A stretch of 64,000 nucleotides of DNA. It comes from a virus. The stretch spans positions 32,001 to 96,000 of IMG/VR virus record IMGVR_UViG_3300026484_000105; one strand, 5' to 3'. This document shows, piece after piece, positions 30,656-40,237 of the stretch (its first letter is position 1; the number at the start of each line of letters is the position of its first letter). The translations under genes were made by a program, and so were the position numbers. Below the pieces are notes generated by a model that was not told the DNA's origin, ran no database searches, and saw nothing but the letters and a program-made list of their open reading frames with translations.

Positions 30656-33115
30656 ATGTATATAAAGAAATTAGTTTTAAAAGGATATAAACGACTATTT
30701 TTAGCTTTTATAAACAAACTTGAATTCACACCAGAGAAAAGAATAAATATCATTGTTGGTAAAAATGGTAGTGGTAAATCTAGTACACTTAAAGAACTGA
30801 CTCCCATACCAGCTAATATAAATAAAGATTATGAGGATGGTGGTTATAAAGAAATAGTTCTAGAACATAATAATAAAACGTATCATTTAACATCAGGTTT
30901 AATTGGTAAAAACAAACATAGTTTTTTAGTAGATAATGAAGAACTCAATCCAGCAGGAACAAGAAAGGTGCAACTGATACTGGTTAAGGAACACTTTAAT
31001 GTTACTCCTGACATACACGATGTACTTATAGGTCTTAAAAACTTTACAGATATGTCTGTTAAAGAACGTAAAGATTGGCTAACTAATATATCTACAGTAG
31101 ATTATACATACGCAATCTCTGTATTTAACAAATTGAAACAAAGAAACAGAGATATAATAGGAGCATTAAAAATATCCCAGTCGGAATTATCCAAAACTTC
31201 AGATGGTATAAAAAGCGACGAGGAGCTAAAAAAGATAGAAGACGAGCTATCTATCCTAAAAGAATTATTAATGGTTTCTACGGCATCTAAAACGTCTTTA
31301 ACAGGTGATATAGAAATTGATGAAGAAACAATAAGACAAATATGTAAAGATGCTAATAAAATCATTAGTAAGATAGTTAAACCAAAAGGATTATCCAAGG
31401 ATATTAATATAGAAACGTTAATAGCTATAGATAAAACAGAAATAGAAACTATTGAAAAGAATATAGAGAAAACTAATAAAGTACTCAAAGAGCTATCTTT
31501 TATAGAGGATAACAAAGAGAAATCCTCAGCCAATATAATAAGCGATAAGCTCTCTTTGATAGAAAGAGAGATAAAGGTATTGGAGGAAAGTATGATTGTA
31601 CCAATCCCCCTTAAAGAGATAACTGACACTCATAATTATTTTAGTTATATCTATCAGGATTTAGTATCTTTAATTACTGTCGTAGTAGATAATACATTTG
31701 ATGAATATAATAAGACTAACCATGATACTGATGTTGCCAAGAAGATAAACTTAGAAAGTAAAGTATCTGATAAAAAATCTTTACTAAATAAGTTAGAGGT
31801 ACAATTAGCGACAATGGTACATAACAGAGATCATAATGAAGTAACCTGTACCAAATGTAATAATATATGGTCAATAGGGTATGATAAAAAAGAACATAAA
31901 TATATCTTAAGAAAGATAGAAGAAGTAAATAGGACCATCACTTCTATGGAAGCTGAGATTAAAAAACTAGAAGATACTTTAAAATTCTTTATAAATAAAA
32001 TGAATGCTGTAAGCAAAATAAAGGATTTAATTAAATCAGAGTCTAATGCAAATCTACGTAAGATCTTATTATATGTTCTGAATAACAGTGACCTTATAAA
32101 CAATGGTCAAAGTACAATAGATCTGTTATTTAAGATAAATGTTGATTTCAAAGAATGGTTAAGGATACCATCATTACTTATAGAGTATGACGAGTTAATG
32201 AGGGATATGAATGTTATAGAAGCTAAGCGCAAATTGGAGTTAGAGCACTTTAATGTTAATAAAGATAAATTGGAAGCAGAGCTTTCTGATATGCTTACTA
32301 GAAAGAGATTCTTAAATAGCAGGCTTGATGAATATAATTTATACAGACAATCTATAAATGTACTAAAAGTACTTAATGACAAACTTATAGAATTACTTAA
32401 ACAATCGAGACAGGCAGTTGATATTAACATAAACAATCTAAGGAATATAGAATTGAATAATGTTATAAAAACCCTAAATCTTGAAATAAGTAGGTTAGAG
32501 AGTCAGATAACGGAATCTAGGTATAGTAAACGTATAATAGATGATAACAAGCTAAAGGTAGTTAATCTAAATAAAAGAAAGAAAGCCACTGATATTTTAA
32601 TAGATGGAATGTCACCAACTAATGGTCTTATAGCCAAGTCTATAACGCAGTTCTTAAATATGTTTATAAACGATGTTAATAATGTTATAAATTCTGTTTG
32701 GAATTATAGCATTGAAGTCCTACCCTGTAATGTTACAGAATCAGCAGATTTAGATTACAAATTTGAAGTTAAAGTAGATGGTCGTAATATTATAGAGGAT
32801 ATAAGTAAAACTAGTTCATCTATGCAGGAGATTATAAATTTAGCATTTAAGATTATAAGCATGAAGTATCTTGGTATGGAGGATTACCCATTATATTTAG
32901 ATGAGTATGCTGCTTCATTTGATGCACATCACGCCATAAAGGCTTATGATGTAATAGAGTCATTAAGTGAGTCTAGCTTTAACCAAGTATTTATGATTAG
33001 TCATTATGAGAATACATATACGAGATTCGCAGATGCCGATATATCAGTTCTTGATCCAGAGAACCTTATGCTGGATAGGGATCTTGAAATAAATAGAGTT
33101 TTAACTATACTATAG
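30656..33115 (+). CDS. SbcC/Rad50-like SMC ATPase (phiKZ gp165-like)
   Basis: Walker A GKNGSGKS, coiled coils, CTKC zinc hook, signature SSSMQE, Walker B LYLDE and ISH. Confidence 0.92.
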   Translation: MYIKKLVLKGYKRLFLAFINKLEFTPEKRINIIVGKNGSGKSSTLKELTPIPANINKDYEDGGYKEIVLEHNNKTYHLTSGLIGKNKHSFLVDNEELNPAGTRKVQLILVKEHFNVTPDIHDVLIGLKNFTDMSVKERKDWLTNISTVDYTYAISVFNKLKQRNRDIIGALKISQSELSKTSDGIKSDEELKKIEDELSILKELLMVSTASKTSLTGDIEIDEETIRQICKDANKIISKIVKPKGLSKDINIETLIAIDKTEIETIEKNIEKTNKVLKELSFIEDNKEKSSANIISDKLSLIEREIKVLEESMIVPIPLKEITDTHNYFSYIYQDLVSLITVVVDNTFDEYNKTNHDTDVAKKINLESKVSDKKSLLNKLEVQLATMVHNRDHNEVTCTKCNNIWSIGYDKKEHKYILRKIEEVNRTITSMEAEIKKLEDTLKFFINKMNAVSKIKDLIKSESNANLRKILLYVLNNSDLINNGQSTIDLLFKINVDFKEWLRIPSLLIEYDELMRDMNVIEAKRKLELEHFNVNKDKLEAELSDMLTRKRFLNSRLDEYNLYRQSINVLKVLNDKLIELLKQSRQAVDININNLRNIELNNVIKTLNLEISRLESQITESRYSKRIIDDNKLKVVNLNKRKKATDILIDGMSPTNGLIAKSITQFLNMFINDVNNVINSVWNYSIEVLPCNVTESADLDYKFEVKVDGRNIIEDISKTSSSMQEIINLAFKIISMKYLGMEDYPLYLDEYAASFDAHHAIKAYDVIESLSESSFNQVFMISHYENTYTRFADADISVLDPENLMLDRDLEINRVLTIL

Positions 33116-33138
33116 TCTAACGTAAGTTAGACTATAGT
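33109..33138. terminator. Bidirectional hairpin
   Basis: ACTATAGTCTAAC-GTAA-GTTAGACTATAGT. Confidence 0.75.
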
Positions 33139-33743
33139 TACATCTTTCTATCTTTTTTAATATACTTTTCTAGATTCTCTATAAGAGAATTTCTCTTTCT
33201 AAGTAACGCTAAAGTTTCGTAGTACCTAGTTCTAAAAGATTTCTTTATCTTTATCTTATTATTACGTAGGCGCTTAAGTTGTTCAGTCTTTGTGTCGTCT
33301 AATAATACAACAGCAGATGTAAGTACTTCTTCAGTTTTTGTTTCTACGCCTATTGTATCATATATCATTTCATCTATATTTTGCTTTAGCATATTAAGAT
33401 CATAGTTAACTGGTAGCAGGCCCACATTTATAGCAAGCATTCTCTCTTGATGTTTTAGTCCACTAATAGTAGGCATACTTAATATTCTATCTGCTGGAAT
33501 ATACGTGTACTCGTTACCGCTACTTAATAGAACTACTATAGGAATATTATTAGCTATGTCTTCTTTAAGATCATCTTCAGTTAAACCAGCTGGTTCATAT
33601 ATATTTTTGAGTGGATCATCTGCCATTATCTCATTAAGGTTACGTATGCCAGTAACGCTATATTCTGCCATATCAGATAAGATATTATCGAATGGAGGTG
33701 CTAGTTTAAATTTGCCTTTTGAATTAATTGGTGGTATTATCAT
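33138..33743 (-). CDS. Conserved phiKZ-like hypothetical protein
   Basis: MIIPPINSKGKFKLAPPF and IYEPAGL motifs; coiled-coil C-terminus; synteny with SbcC. Confidence 0.7.
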   Translation of the reverse strand: MIIPPINSKGKFKLAPPFDNILSDMAEYSVTGIRNLNEIMADDPLKNIYEPAGLTEDDLKEDIANNIPIVVLLSSGNEYTYIPADRILSMPTISGLKHQERMLAINVGLLPVNYDLNMLKQNIDEMIYDTIGVETKTEEVLTSAVVLLDDTKTEQLKRLRNNKIKIKKSFRTRYYETLALLRKRNSLIENLEKYIKKDRKM

Positions 33744-33790
33744 AATATTTCCTTTATTTTTATAATCAATAAATTGGAAAGAATAATAAA

Positions 33791-33818
33791 GTTAGTATAA
33801 CCATATGGTTATACTAAC
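33791..33818. terminator. Perfect palindrome downstream of head protein gene
   Basis: GTTAGTATAACCAT/ATGGTTATACTAAC. Confidence 0.65.
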
Positions 33819-33824
33819 TAAACA

Positions 33825-35009
33825 TTATTTATCTTCTAATTTATCAGTAGCTAATTTAAGTAGAGCTATGATGTTTCTAACATTATTATAATAAGATATA
33901 ACATTGCTATTTGCTACATTAGGTACTACAGTATTTACGAATTTAAATATCATATTTAAATCTTCATTATTAATGCTATTTTTACTAGGGTCTAAACTAG
34001 CTGTAGTTTTATATAGAGTTTCCGCAGCTTTTATATCTTCTTTACCACCATCTATTAGTGTTTCCATAACATCTTCAATACTATTAATATAAACGATTAT
34101 GCCAAGTATTTCAGCTTGGGTAAAGAATTCATCAGTATTTACGATAGATTCACCTTTAATATCATATTTAACAAAGGTACTAGTTTTACCATCTGTAACC
34201 ATACCACCTATTTTATTTGTATCTATGACAGTAACAACTGCCTTTATATCATCTTCTTTTACATCCTTATTAGTGTCACTATGTTTTTTAATAAGTGCTA
34301 GCGTAAGCTGATTAGATAACTCATTAGCAGCAGCCTCTTTAATAGCCTGCTCTTCAATAGCTTTAAAGGCACTGTTTATAGGGTTACCATCAGAATCAGT
34401 ATCTAAATCAGTACTTATAGCTTTAGTTGCATCACTGCTACCCTTATATCTACTTAAAATATATAGTAATTCTTTAATATATGCAATAAGCTCCTTTTTA
34501 TTTTCTACTTTATTTATCATAGTACCAGAAGAAATAAGTTTATTTATTCGTTTTATCTCCATTTCACTTAAACCCTCTGTTACAATACTATCTTTTTTAT
34601 TATTTATGGTTTCTCTAAGAGCATTTAAATCTTTATTTAGGAGTTTGGCATTTTTAAATAAAACAACATAAAGTCTCTTTAGACCATTTATTAATTTATA
34701 GAATACCTTTTTAAGTACTTCTAGAACCTTGTAAAAAGTTCCTTTTATGTCCTCATTACTAACGGTACTTACTTCTTCTAAACCGATATTAACTAGTGTA
34801 CTATTATACAATACTAATGCATTGTCAGTATTAGCATCTATATTTTCTAAGGTCAACAATGCATTTTGACCATCTTGCATTAATCTTAAATCAGTTTGTA
34901 CCTCATCTTGAATTTCATAAAATTCCTCTATAGACATTCTAATATCTAACGAGTTATTATTAACATCTTCAACAGACAGAGTTATGTCTTCACTTAGAAG
35001 CTTTTTCAT
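33825..35009 (-). CDS. Internal head (inner-body-like) protein with protease-cleaved propeptide
   Basis: Acidic N-terminus with clustered S/G/T-x-E sites (SVE, SIE, TLE, GLE, SNE), then an amphipathic helix (FYKVLEVLKKVFYKLI), typical of phiKZ head paralogs. Confidence 0.75.
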   Translation of the reverse strand: MKKLLSEDITLSVEDVNNNSLDIRMSIEEFYEIQDEVQTDLRLMQDGQNALLTLENIDANTDNALVLYNSTLVNIGLEEVSTVSNEDIKGTFYKVLEVLKKVFYKLINGLKRLYVVLFKNAKLLNKDLNALRETINNKKDSIVTEGLSEMEIKRINKLISSGTMINKVENKKELIAYIKELLYILSRYKGSSDATKAISTDLDTDSDGNPINSAFKAIEEQAIKEAAANELSNQLTLALIKKHSDTNKDVKEDDIKAVVTVIDTNKIGGMVTDGKTSTFVKYDIKGESIVNTDEFFTQAEILGIIVYINSIEDVMETLIDGGKEDIKAAETLYKTTASLDPSKNSINNEDLNMIFKFVNTVVPNVANSNVISYYNNVRNIIALLKLATDKLEDK

Positions 35010-35044
35010 ATTTATTCCCTTTTATATTTATAATCAATGAAAAG

Positions 35045-35080
35045 TAAAAAAAGAAAAAAGAATACCTAACCAAGGTATTC
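35045..35080 (-). terminator. Intrinsic terminator
   Basis: GAATACCT-TGGTT-AGGTATTC followed by TTTTTTCTTTTTTT on the minus strand. Confidence 0.75.
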
Positions 35081-35215
35081 CTTAAAACTAAATTCGCCCT
35101 GACCAGCATATCTAGTCTTGGCCTCATCTAGTTTTATTTTTGCAAAGTCAGAGTTGGTATAGTCTCTACCAACTTCTACTCCATCTATGTAATATATAAG
35201 TGTCACATCTACCAT
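35066..35215 (-). CDS. Small protein missed by the ORF track (49 aa)
   Basis: AAGGAGG SD, then MVDVTLIYYIDGVEVGRDYTNSDFAKIKLDEAKTRYAGQGEFSFKEYLG*. Confidence 0.7.
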   Translation of the reverse strand: MVDVTLIYYIDGVEVGRDYTNSDFAKIKLDEAKTRYAGQGEFSFKEYLG

Positions 35216-35225
35216 AAGGTCCTCC

Positions 35226-35591
35226 TTAGTAACGATTCATTGGGAAAGGTCTCCCAAGTAATCGATACACTTCAATAGCAGCGTTACCATCTAGTCTACG
35301 AACCTCTTTGGTAATTTCGTTACCATCAGAATCGTAATCCACGAATTCTTCCTTTGTGATAGTTTTAATACCATCATCAATAACGTAATCACCAATATAA
35401 ACGTCAACTGCAACAACACAATAATAAGAATCATTATGTGTTATTATTGTAGTATCATCTCTATGGTTAGTAAGATCAATATTGTTATCTTTCAATAATA
35501 ACCTAGCAGATGTATTCTCACCTACTATAGAGATTAACTCAGGGTTACGTACAACGTTATCGCTTACTTTTACTAATACAAATTTTCTCAT
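35226..35591 (-). CDS. Hypothetical early protein
   Basis: 121 aa; AAGGA SD. Confidence 0.7.
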   Translation of the reverse strand: MRKFVLVKVSDNVVRNPELISIVGENTSARLLLKDNNIDLTNHRDDTTIITHNDSYYCVVAVDVYIGDYVIDDGIKTITKEEFVDYDSDGNEITKEVRRLDGNAAIEVYRLLGRPFPMNRY

Positions 35592-35702
35592 GTTAATTCC
35601 TTCAGCAATAAGTGTAGTTATAGGTTCTGATATTTTATCAGATTACATTAGAATACCTATGATAAATAAATCATTAGCTATTTGATTTATTCCTTATTAC
35701 TG

Positions 35703-35736
35703 TTTATATTATATATGGTTGAAAATAAGTCGGAAC
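35703..35736 (-). promoter_or_regulatory. Early-type promoter motif (copy E, no leader element)
   Basis: TTCCGACTTATTTTCAACCATATATAATAT. Confidence 0.6.
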
Positions 35737-35807
35737 TTAACTTTACATACTTTTTATATGGTATACTTTTTATTGAAAAAGATACAATAAGTTATAAGGG
35801 ATACAGG

Positions 35808-37256
35808 ATGGATGAATTAAAAGATCTTAACTTAGGAGCAGTTGCCTATAGTGATGGTAGTGCTAATAATGTTTTAAAGATATGGGGTTGGGGATCACAT
35901 GGTTATATTTATGATCTAGATGACGATAAAGGTATAACTAAGAATAAGGTTTCAGGTCTAACTGTATCTGATATAGGATATTTAGAACCAGGTGAATTAA
36001 AAATAAGGAAACACAAAGTAGTTAACCCGATTAAGTACTTAGATTGGTATGGTGCATATAGTGCCCCTGGTACTAATAATATTGGTGAGATGCTAGCCAT
36101 TATAGAGACAGTTGAAGAGCTTATAAAGCTGAAAGTTAAAAAGATAGTTATCTATAGTGATTCACAATATTCTATTAATTCTTTCGATTTAGCCAAAACC
36201 AAAACAGTGGATGCTATAAATAGGGATATTAATGCTAATGTGACCTTGGTACTTAGAGCAAAAGAAATACAGACAATGTTAGAGGAAAAGAATATAGATT
36301 TTTCTTTAAATAAAATAAAAGCTCATAGTGGGCACTTAGGTAATGTTATAGCAGACGATATGGCTATGTTAGGTAGAATAGAATCTAGTAGAAAAGCCAA
36401 TTACATTAATACTGACCTAAGAGATCCAAAAGGATATTGGAAGCCGAAGAATGAAAGACATCCTTTTTTAATTGCTAAACAAATCTTTTTTACCAATAAT
36501 GAACCAAATAGAGATGATGGTTCTATGGATTACTCGCTACTCGGATATAAAGAAGAGATGGAAATAGGTAAGAAGATGCACGTAGCTACTTATAGATATG
36601 TCTCCTTAAAAGAAAGAGATGAAAATATAGAGTTGGTGAAAAATGTTTATAAGAATTTATTGGGAGAACATTCCGTCGTATCTACTATAAGAATGGATCT
36701 TATGTTTAAAGCAGATATCTTTAAATACATAGATAGATACGGAACAAAGGCTCTGATGCCTATGTCAAAGAATAGAAGAGGTATAAGTGTCCTTGAGAAG
36801 GAGATCATAGCTAATTCTATAAATCCACCAGCATTAGCTTATATAGCTTTAGATAATATTGGTCTATTGAAAATGATACTTAGAGATTTTAATAGACTAA
36901 AAGAAGACCCAAATCATAAGACAGCTAAGGAATTTATTGAAATAACTGATTATTATTATACGTTCAATGATAAGAATAATTTAGTTATAAAACCAGAGTT
37001 AACTAATGATGTGAAAAGTCTTAAATATAATTATGTTAAAGACGGTAAAAAAGCAGATATTATAATTCAGTTTGGTAAAGATATAATTGGCAGAAACCAA
37101 ATAAAGAAGATAGAAAAGATGAAACCAAGAATATATTTATGTGTTATGAATAATCGTAATATAAAGTTAGATTACTTTACAGTAATAGATCTTGAATCAA
37201 CTGGTGATCAAATGGTATGTAGTAACTATTATACAAAAACAGTATTCTTAAAGTAA
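35808..37256 (+). CDS. RNase H (phiKZ gp155-like, with C-terminal extension)
   Basis: AYSDGS, GWGSHGY, TNNIGEM, IYSDSQY and KAHSGHLGNVIADDMA. Likely start is ATG 35808, since the ORF-track extension runs through a promoter region. Confidence 0.9.
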   Translation: MDELKDLNLGAVAYSDGSANNVLKIWGWGSHGYIYDLDDDKGITKNKVSGLTVSDIGYLEPGELKIRKHKVVNPIKYLDWYGAYSAPGTNNIGEMLAIIETVEELIKLKVKKIVIYSDSQYSINSFDLAKTKTVDAINRDINANVTLVLRAKEIQTMLEEKNIDFSLNKIKAHSGHLGNVIADDMAMLGRIESSRKANYINTDLRDPKGYWKPKNERHPFLIAKQIFFTNNEPNRDDGSMDYSLLGYKEEMEIGKKMHVATYRYVSLKERDENIELVKNVYKNLLGEHSVVSTIRMDLMFKADIFKYIDRYGTKALMPMSKNRRGISVLEKEIIANSINPPALAYIALDNIGLLKMILRDFNRLKEDPNHKTAKEFIEITDYYYTFNDKNNLVIKPELTNDVKSLKYNYVKDGKKADIIIQFGKDIIGRNQIKKIEKMKPRIYLCVMNNRNIKLDYFTVIDLESTGDQMVCSNYYTKTVFLK

Positions 37257-37286
37257 GGTAATGTAGCAGTATGCTACATTACCTTA
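37253..37286. terminator. Hairpin after RNase H
   Basis: TAAGGTAATGTAGCA-GTA-TGCTACATTACCTTA. Confidence 0.7.
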
Positions 37287-37386
37287 TACCTACTATTTAA
37301 ATTACTATAATGTTTTAACCACTATTCAACGCCCATTTAATTAAGTATATGTTATGGGTAAAAAGAGTAGTTAATTCTACTCTAAT

Positions 37387-37983
37387 CTATCTAAGGTATT
37401 TAAACCAAAGATAGTAGTCATAAACATTCTGTAATATATTTAATATAAGCATTACCATAGTAAAACTTACAATGTTTATGTGAAGAATAGATATAGCTAC
37501 TACGGCTACACCTGAACCAATAGCGCCACCAATAGTTATAGTTAGACCTGATGCTTTTCTAATTAGTCTAAGTGCTTTATTACCAGAATAAGATCTAAAC
37601 TCCTTTTGTTCATACGCCCTAGAAGTCTCTTTTCCTATCTCTTTAATAAGGGCTGACCCGATAATAACACCATATACTATATAACCAGCAATAGCTAAGT
37701 CATCTGTATAAATAAGACCTACGTAAAGTGCTACCAGGAAAATACTCTCTTGCGTTATAGATGCCAGTTGCCCTCCTTTTAAGCTAACCCAATTACTATG
37801 TGCTAGCTTTATACCTACAAGAGCCATCATGAATATTATCACCTCAAATATTGGTATTACATCATTGCCTATTGCATTCTTGGCCATGATCATGAATGTT
37901 GTTAATGCCATCCATGTAGTTGTTCCCAATAGATCACTTATTATCATTGCTCTTGACCATTTTATATAATTTGTTCTTTTCAT
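37387..37983 (-). CDS. Polytopic membrane protein (~6 TM)
   Basis: About six hydrophobic segments; AGGAG SD. Confidence 0.75.
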   Translation of the reverse strand: MKRTNYIKWSRAMIISDLLGTTTWMALTTFMIMAKNAIGNDVIPIFEVIIFMMALVGIKLAHSNWVSLKGGQLASITQESIFLVALYVGLIYTDDLAIAGYIVYGVIIGSALIKEIGKETSRAYEQKEFRSYSGNKALRLIRKASGLTITIGGAIGSGVAVVAISILHINIVSFTMVMLILNILQNVYDYYLWFKYLR

Positions 37984-38053
37984 TATGTTCTCCTATTTAT
38001 TTACCCATAATATCTTTTACTAAAAAATAACAGATACCAAGTGGTACCTATTA

Positions 38054-38287
38054 TTAAAAGTATTTAGACAATCTGTCTAAGTCTTTTCTATATGAATTAA
38101 TCTTAGCTGCTTTCTCTCTAGCATCCTCGATAATCCTTTCTGCATCTATGCCAATCATATGTTTGGCTGATAGTATTGATTGAGCGTTTGTTGAAAATAA
38201 TTCAGCAGAGTACTCTGCATATAATCTTAAATATATTTTAGAATAGACATGTTTACGTCTATCTTTTTTATTATATCGTTTATACAT
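38054..38287 (-). CDS. Small basic hypothetical protein
   Basis: 77 aa; translationally coupled to the upstream gene. Confidence 0.65.
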   Translation of the reverse strand: MYKRYNKKDRRKHVYSKIYLRLYAEYSAELFSTNAQSILSAKHMIGIDAERIIEDAREKAAKINSYRKDLDRLSKYF

Positions 38288-38490
38288 TACTTCTCCTTTA
38301 TATTTACTTTAACTGTAACATTTTTACACTCAACGTTTGACCATATTGTAACTATGCTATGACCAAATGAATCACTTTTCACTTCCCAACAGTGCCCTGT
38401 CCTTGTTCCGCTTGAGGGTAATATTTCATATGCCCAACCATTCTTTATTTCAATTGCTTTTTCACATCCGTCTACGCTGATGATATTCAT
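38287..38490 (-). CDS. Small hypothetical protein
   Basis: 67 aa; AAGGA SD; first gene after promoter copy F. Confidence 0.65.
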   Translation of the reverse strand: MNIISVDGCEKAIEIKNGWAYEILPSSGTRTGHCWEVKSDSFGHSIVTIWSNVECKNVTVKVNIKEK

Positions 38491-38547
38491 CTCATATCCT
38501 TTGTTTTTATTAATTAATAGTTTGCAATAATTATAACTGCAGACTCT

Positions 38548-38581
38548 AATTATATTATATATGATTGAAAAAAGATGGAAA
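38548..38581 (-). promoter_or_regulatory. Early-type promoter motif (copy F)
   Basis: TTTCCATCTTTTTTCAATCATATATAATAT, directly abutting a terminator hairpin. Confidence 0.65.
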
Positions 38582-38583
38582 CT

Positions 38584-38611
38584 CAGTATAGGACTTTTAA
38601 GTCCTATACTG
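38584..38611. terminator. Hairpin ending the upstream module
   Basis: CAGTATAGGACTT-TT-AAGTCCTATACTG. Confidence 0.7.
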
Positions 38612-38659
38612 TTACAACATTTATTCTCTAAGTTTAGTTGGATTGGATATCAATGTATC

Positions 38660-38968
38660 CTACTCCTCATCATATGTAAAGTAGCCATAATATGTTAATG
38701 ATGCAATTATATCTGAAGATACATTTATAGCACCTGCACTCAACGGTATTTGATCTTCATTAATTGAAACATAATCCAATTCTGAATTATCTTTGTCCTT
38801 AGTTAGAGTACCATCAGTTAATAAATAACCATATGCAGTACCATCCTCAGCATTTTCATCCAGATACTTTGAGTCTCTATTATTAACAATAACAGATATC
38901 CTGAACTTACCAGTATGTTCATTAACTATATTTGCTGTTATAACATCCTTAACGTTTACCTTTTCCAT
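38660..38968 (-). CDS. Hypothetical protein
   Basis: 102 aa; AGGAGG SD. Confidence 0.7.
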   Translation of the reverse strand: MEKVNVKDVITANIVNEHTGKFRISVIVNNRDSKYLDENAEDGTAYGYLLTDGTLTKDKDNSELDYVSINEDQIPLSAGAINVSSDIIASLTYYGYFTYDEE

Positions 38969-38977
38969 ACTAACCTC

Positions 38978-39547
38978 CTAAATTGTAACCATAAATAACT
39001 TATCAGTATCTTTAAAATAAATAGTTACATCACTAAACCATTTTTCAATATGATCATTATCCTCAATCATATCGTCAGTGCTAATGAGTAATTTATTTTT
39101 TGAACTATCTTCATATATGCCGTTATTAAACATATATACAACGTTTCCATCACCACTTTCTAATCTAGCATATGTATCTTTATGCTTATCTAAATAGGGA
39201 TGTAAATAATGGAACTTGCCGTACATATTATATTTATTCACGTCTTCAAGCATATTCTTTACCTTAATACTAATATTATTATAACTAGCATTAGTATTAT
39301 TTGCTATTTGTTTTTTTATGTCATTTATATTACTACCATTACTTCCTATAACATGTTTTATTTCACAACCAGGAACATAAATAGTTAGATCCATCTTTTT
39401 CTTAGTTTTAAAACTATTTGGGATTGCTACCGTTGCATCGTAATTACCTAAGTGAATGCTAAAGGCATTTAGTTTTTTTAAGTCATCGTTAGTTAATAGG
39501 TTTAAGTAATTTGAGTAACTATTAAACATTCTTTTATCTGCTCTCAT
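38978..39547 (-). CDS. KH-domain-containing protein
   Basis: LTIYVPGCEIKHVIGSNGSNINDIKKQ...ISIKV matches the KH GxxG loop. Confidence 0.65.
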   Translation of the reverse strand: MRADKRMFNSYSNYLNLLTNDDLKKLNAFSIHLGNYDATVAIPNSFKTKKKMDLTIYVPGCEIKHVIGSNGSNINDIKKQIANNTNASYNNISIKVKNMLEDVNKYNMYGKFHYLHPYLDKHKDTYARLESGDGNVVYMFNNGIYEDSSKNKLLISTDDMIEDNDHIEKWFSDVTIYFKDTDKLFMVTI

Positions 39548-40220
39548 TTTTCATCCTTTTCTCTATGCTAGCCGCGCTAGGTATGATCTGTAGTTCTTTC
39601 TCATCTTTCTCAGTAGGAAGATCACTATCTTTTACAACTGAAACAACTACACCTTTGCCCTTACTACCAATTACTTGACTAGATGGTTTATCTTTATGTT
39701 TTAAAGCCTCTAATCTTCTAATCTTAGAGTTTAAAAGTTTAACCTCTTCTTTAAGCATAGCGATACTGACATCATCATATGTTTCATCTATGAATTTCTT
39801 ACCTAACTCTAAAGCAGCTATTTCCATCAATAAGAACATGAGTACTCTATGATTATGAAATTGTGACTCCCCACAGATCGGAATGTAACCATCATGATTA
39901 CCAATCTCATCTTCTTCTCCGAAATAGAAATGTGAACAACCATCCCATTTTATTATACTACATATATAAACTTCATTAAGGTCAGCAGCAGTTAAATGAT
40001 TTTTACCAATATTATAAACTTTAAATTCTATATTAGTGTTAACTGGACAGATCTTAAAATCAACTACGAAGTTAACGATTCTTTCATCTAATATATTCTC
40101 TTTAGTATCACCAATGATATAATATGTTTTCTTATCATCAAGAGTTCTTTTATACATAACTTCATTTATAGAAGCGTCTCCAGCTATCATATCTAAAACT
40201 AATTTAGTATTCTTTTCCAT
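39534..40220 (-). CDS. Hypothetical protein with C-terminal RNAP-beta-like fragment
   Basis: 228 aa; AAGGAG SD; tail GKGVVVSVVKDSDLP...LQIIPSAASIEKRM. Confidence 0.65.
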   Translation of the reverse strand: MEKNTKLVLDMIAGDASINEVMYKRTLDDKKTYYIIGDTKENILDERIVNFVVDFKICPVNTNIEFKVYNIGKNHLTAADLNEVYICSIIKWDGCSHFYFGEEDEIGNHDGYIPICGESQFHNHRVLMFLLMEIAALELGKKFIDETYDDVSIAMLKEEVKLLNSKIRRLEALKHKDKPSSQVIGSKGKGVVVSVVKDSDLPTEKDEKELQIIPSAASIEKRMKNESR

Positions 40221-40237
40221 TTTATTCTCCTTATATT

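Noticed and set aside
35592-35700. Riboswitch or ncRNA in the ~110-nt leader (stems ATAGGT/ACCTAT and TCTGATA/TATCAGA)
   Set aside because: Short AT-rich stems with no recognisable family motif; cannot be supported without covariation analysis.
35682-35807. Hydrophobic N-terminal extension (membrane anchor) on RNase H
   Set aside because: It starts at TTG within a divergent promoter region; an ATG with an SD-like sequence lies at 35808.
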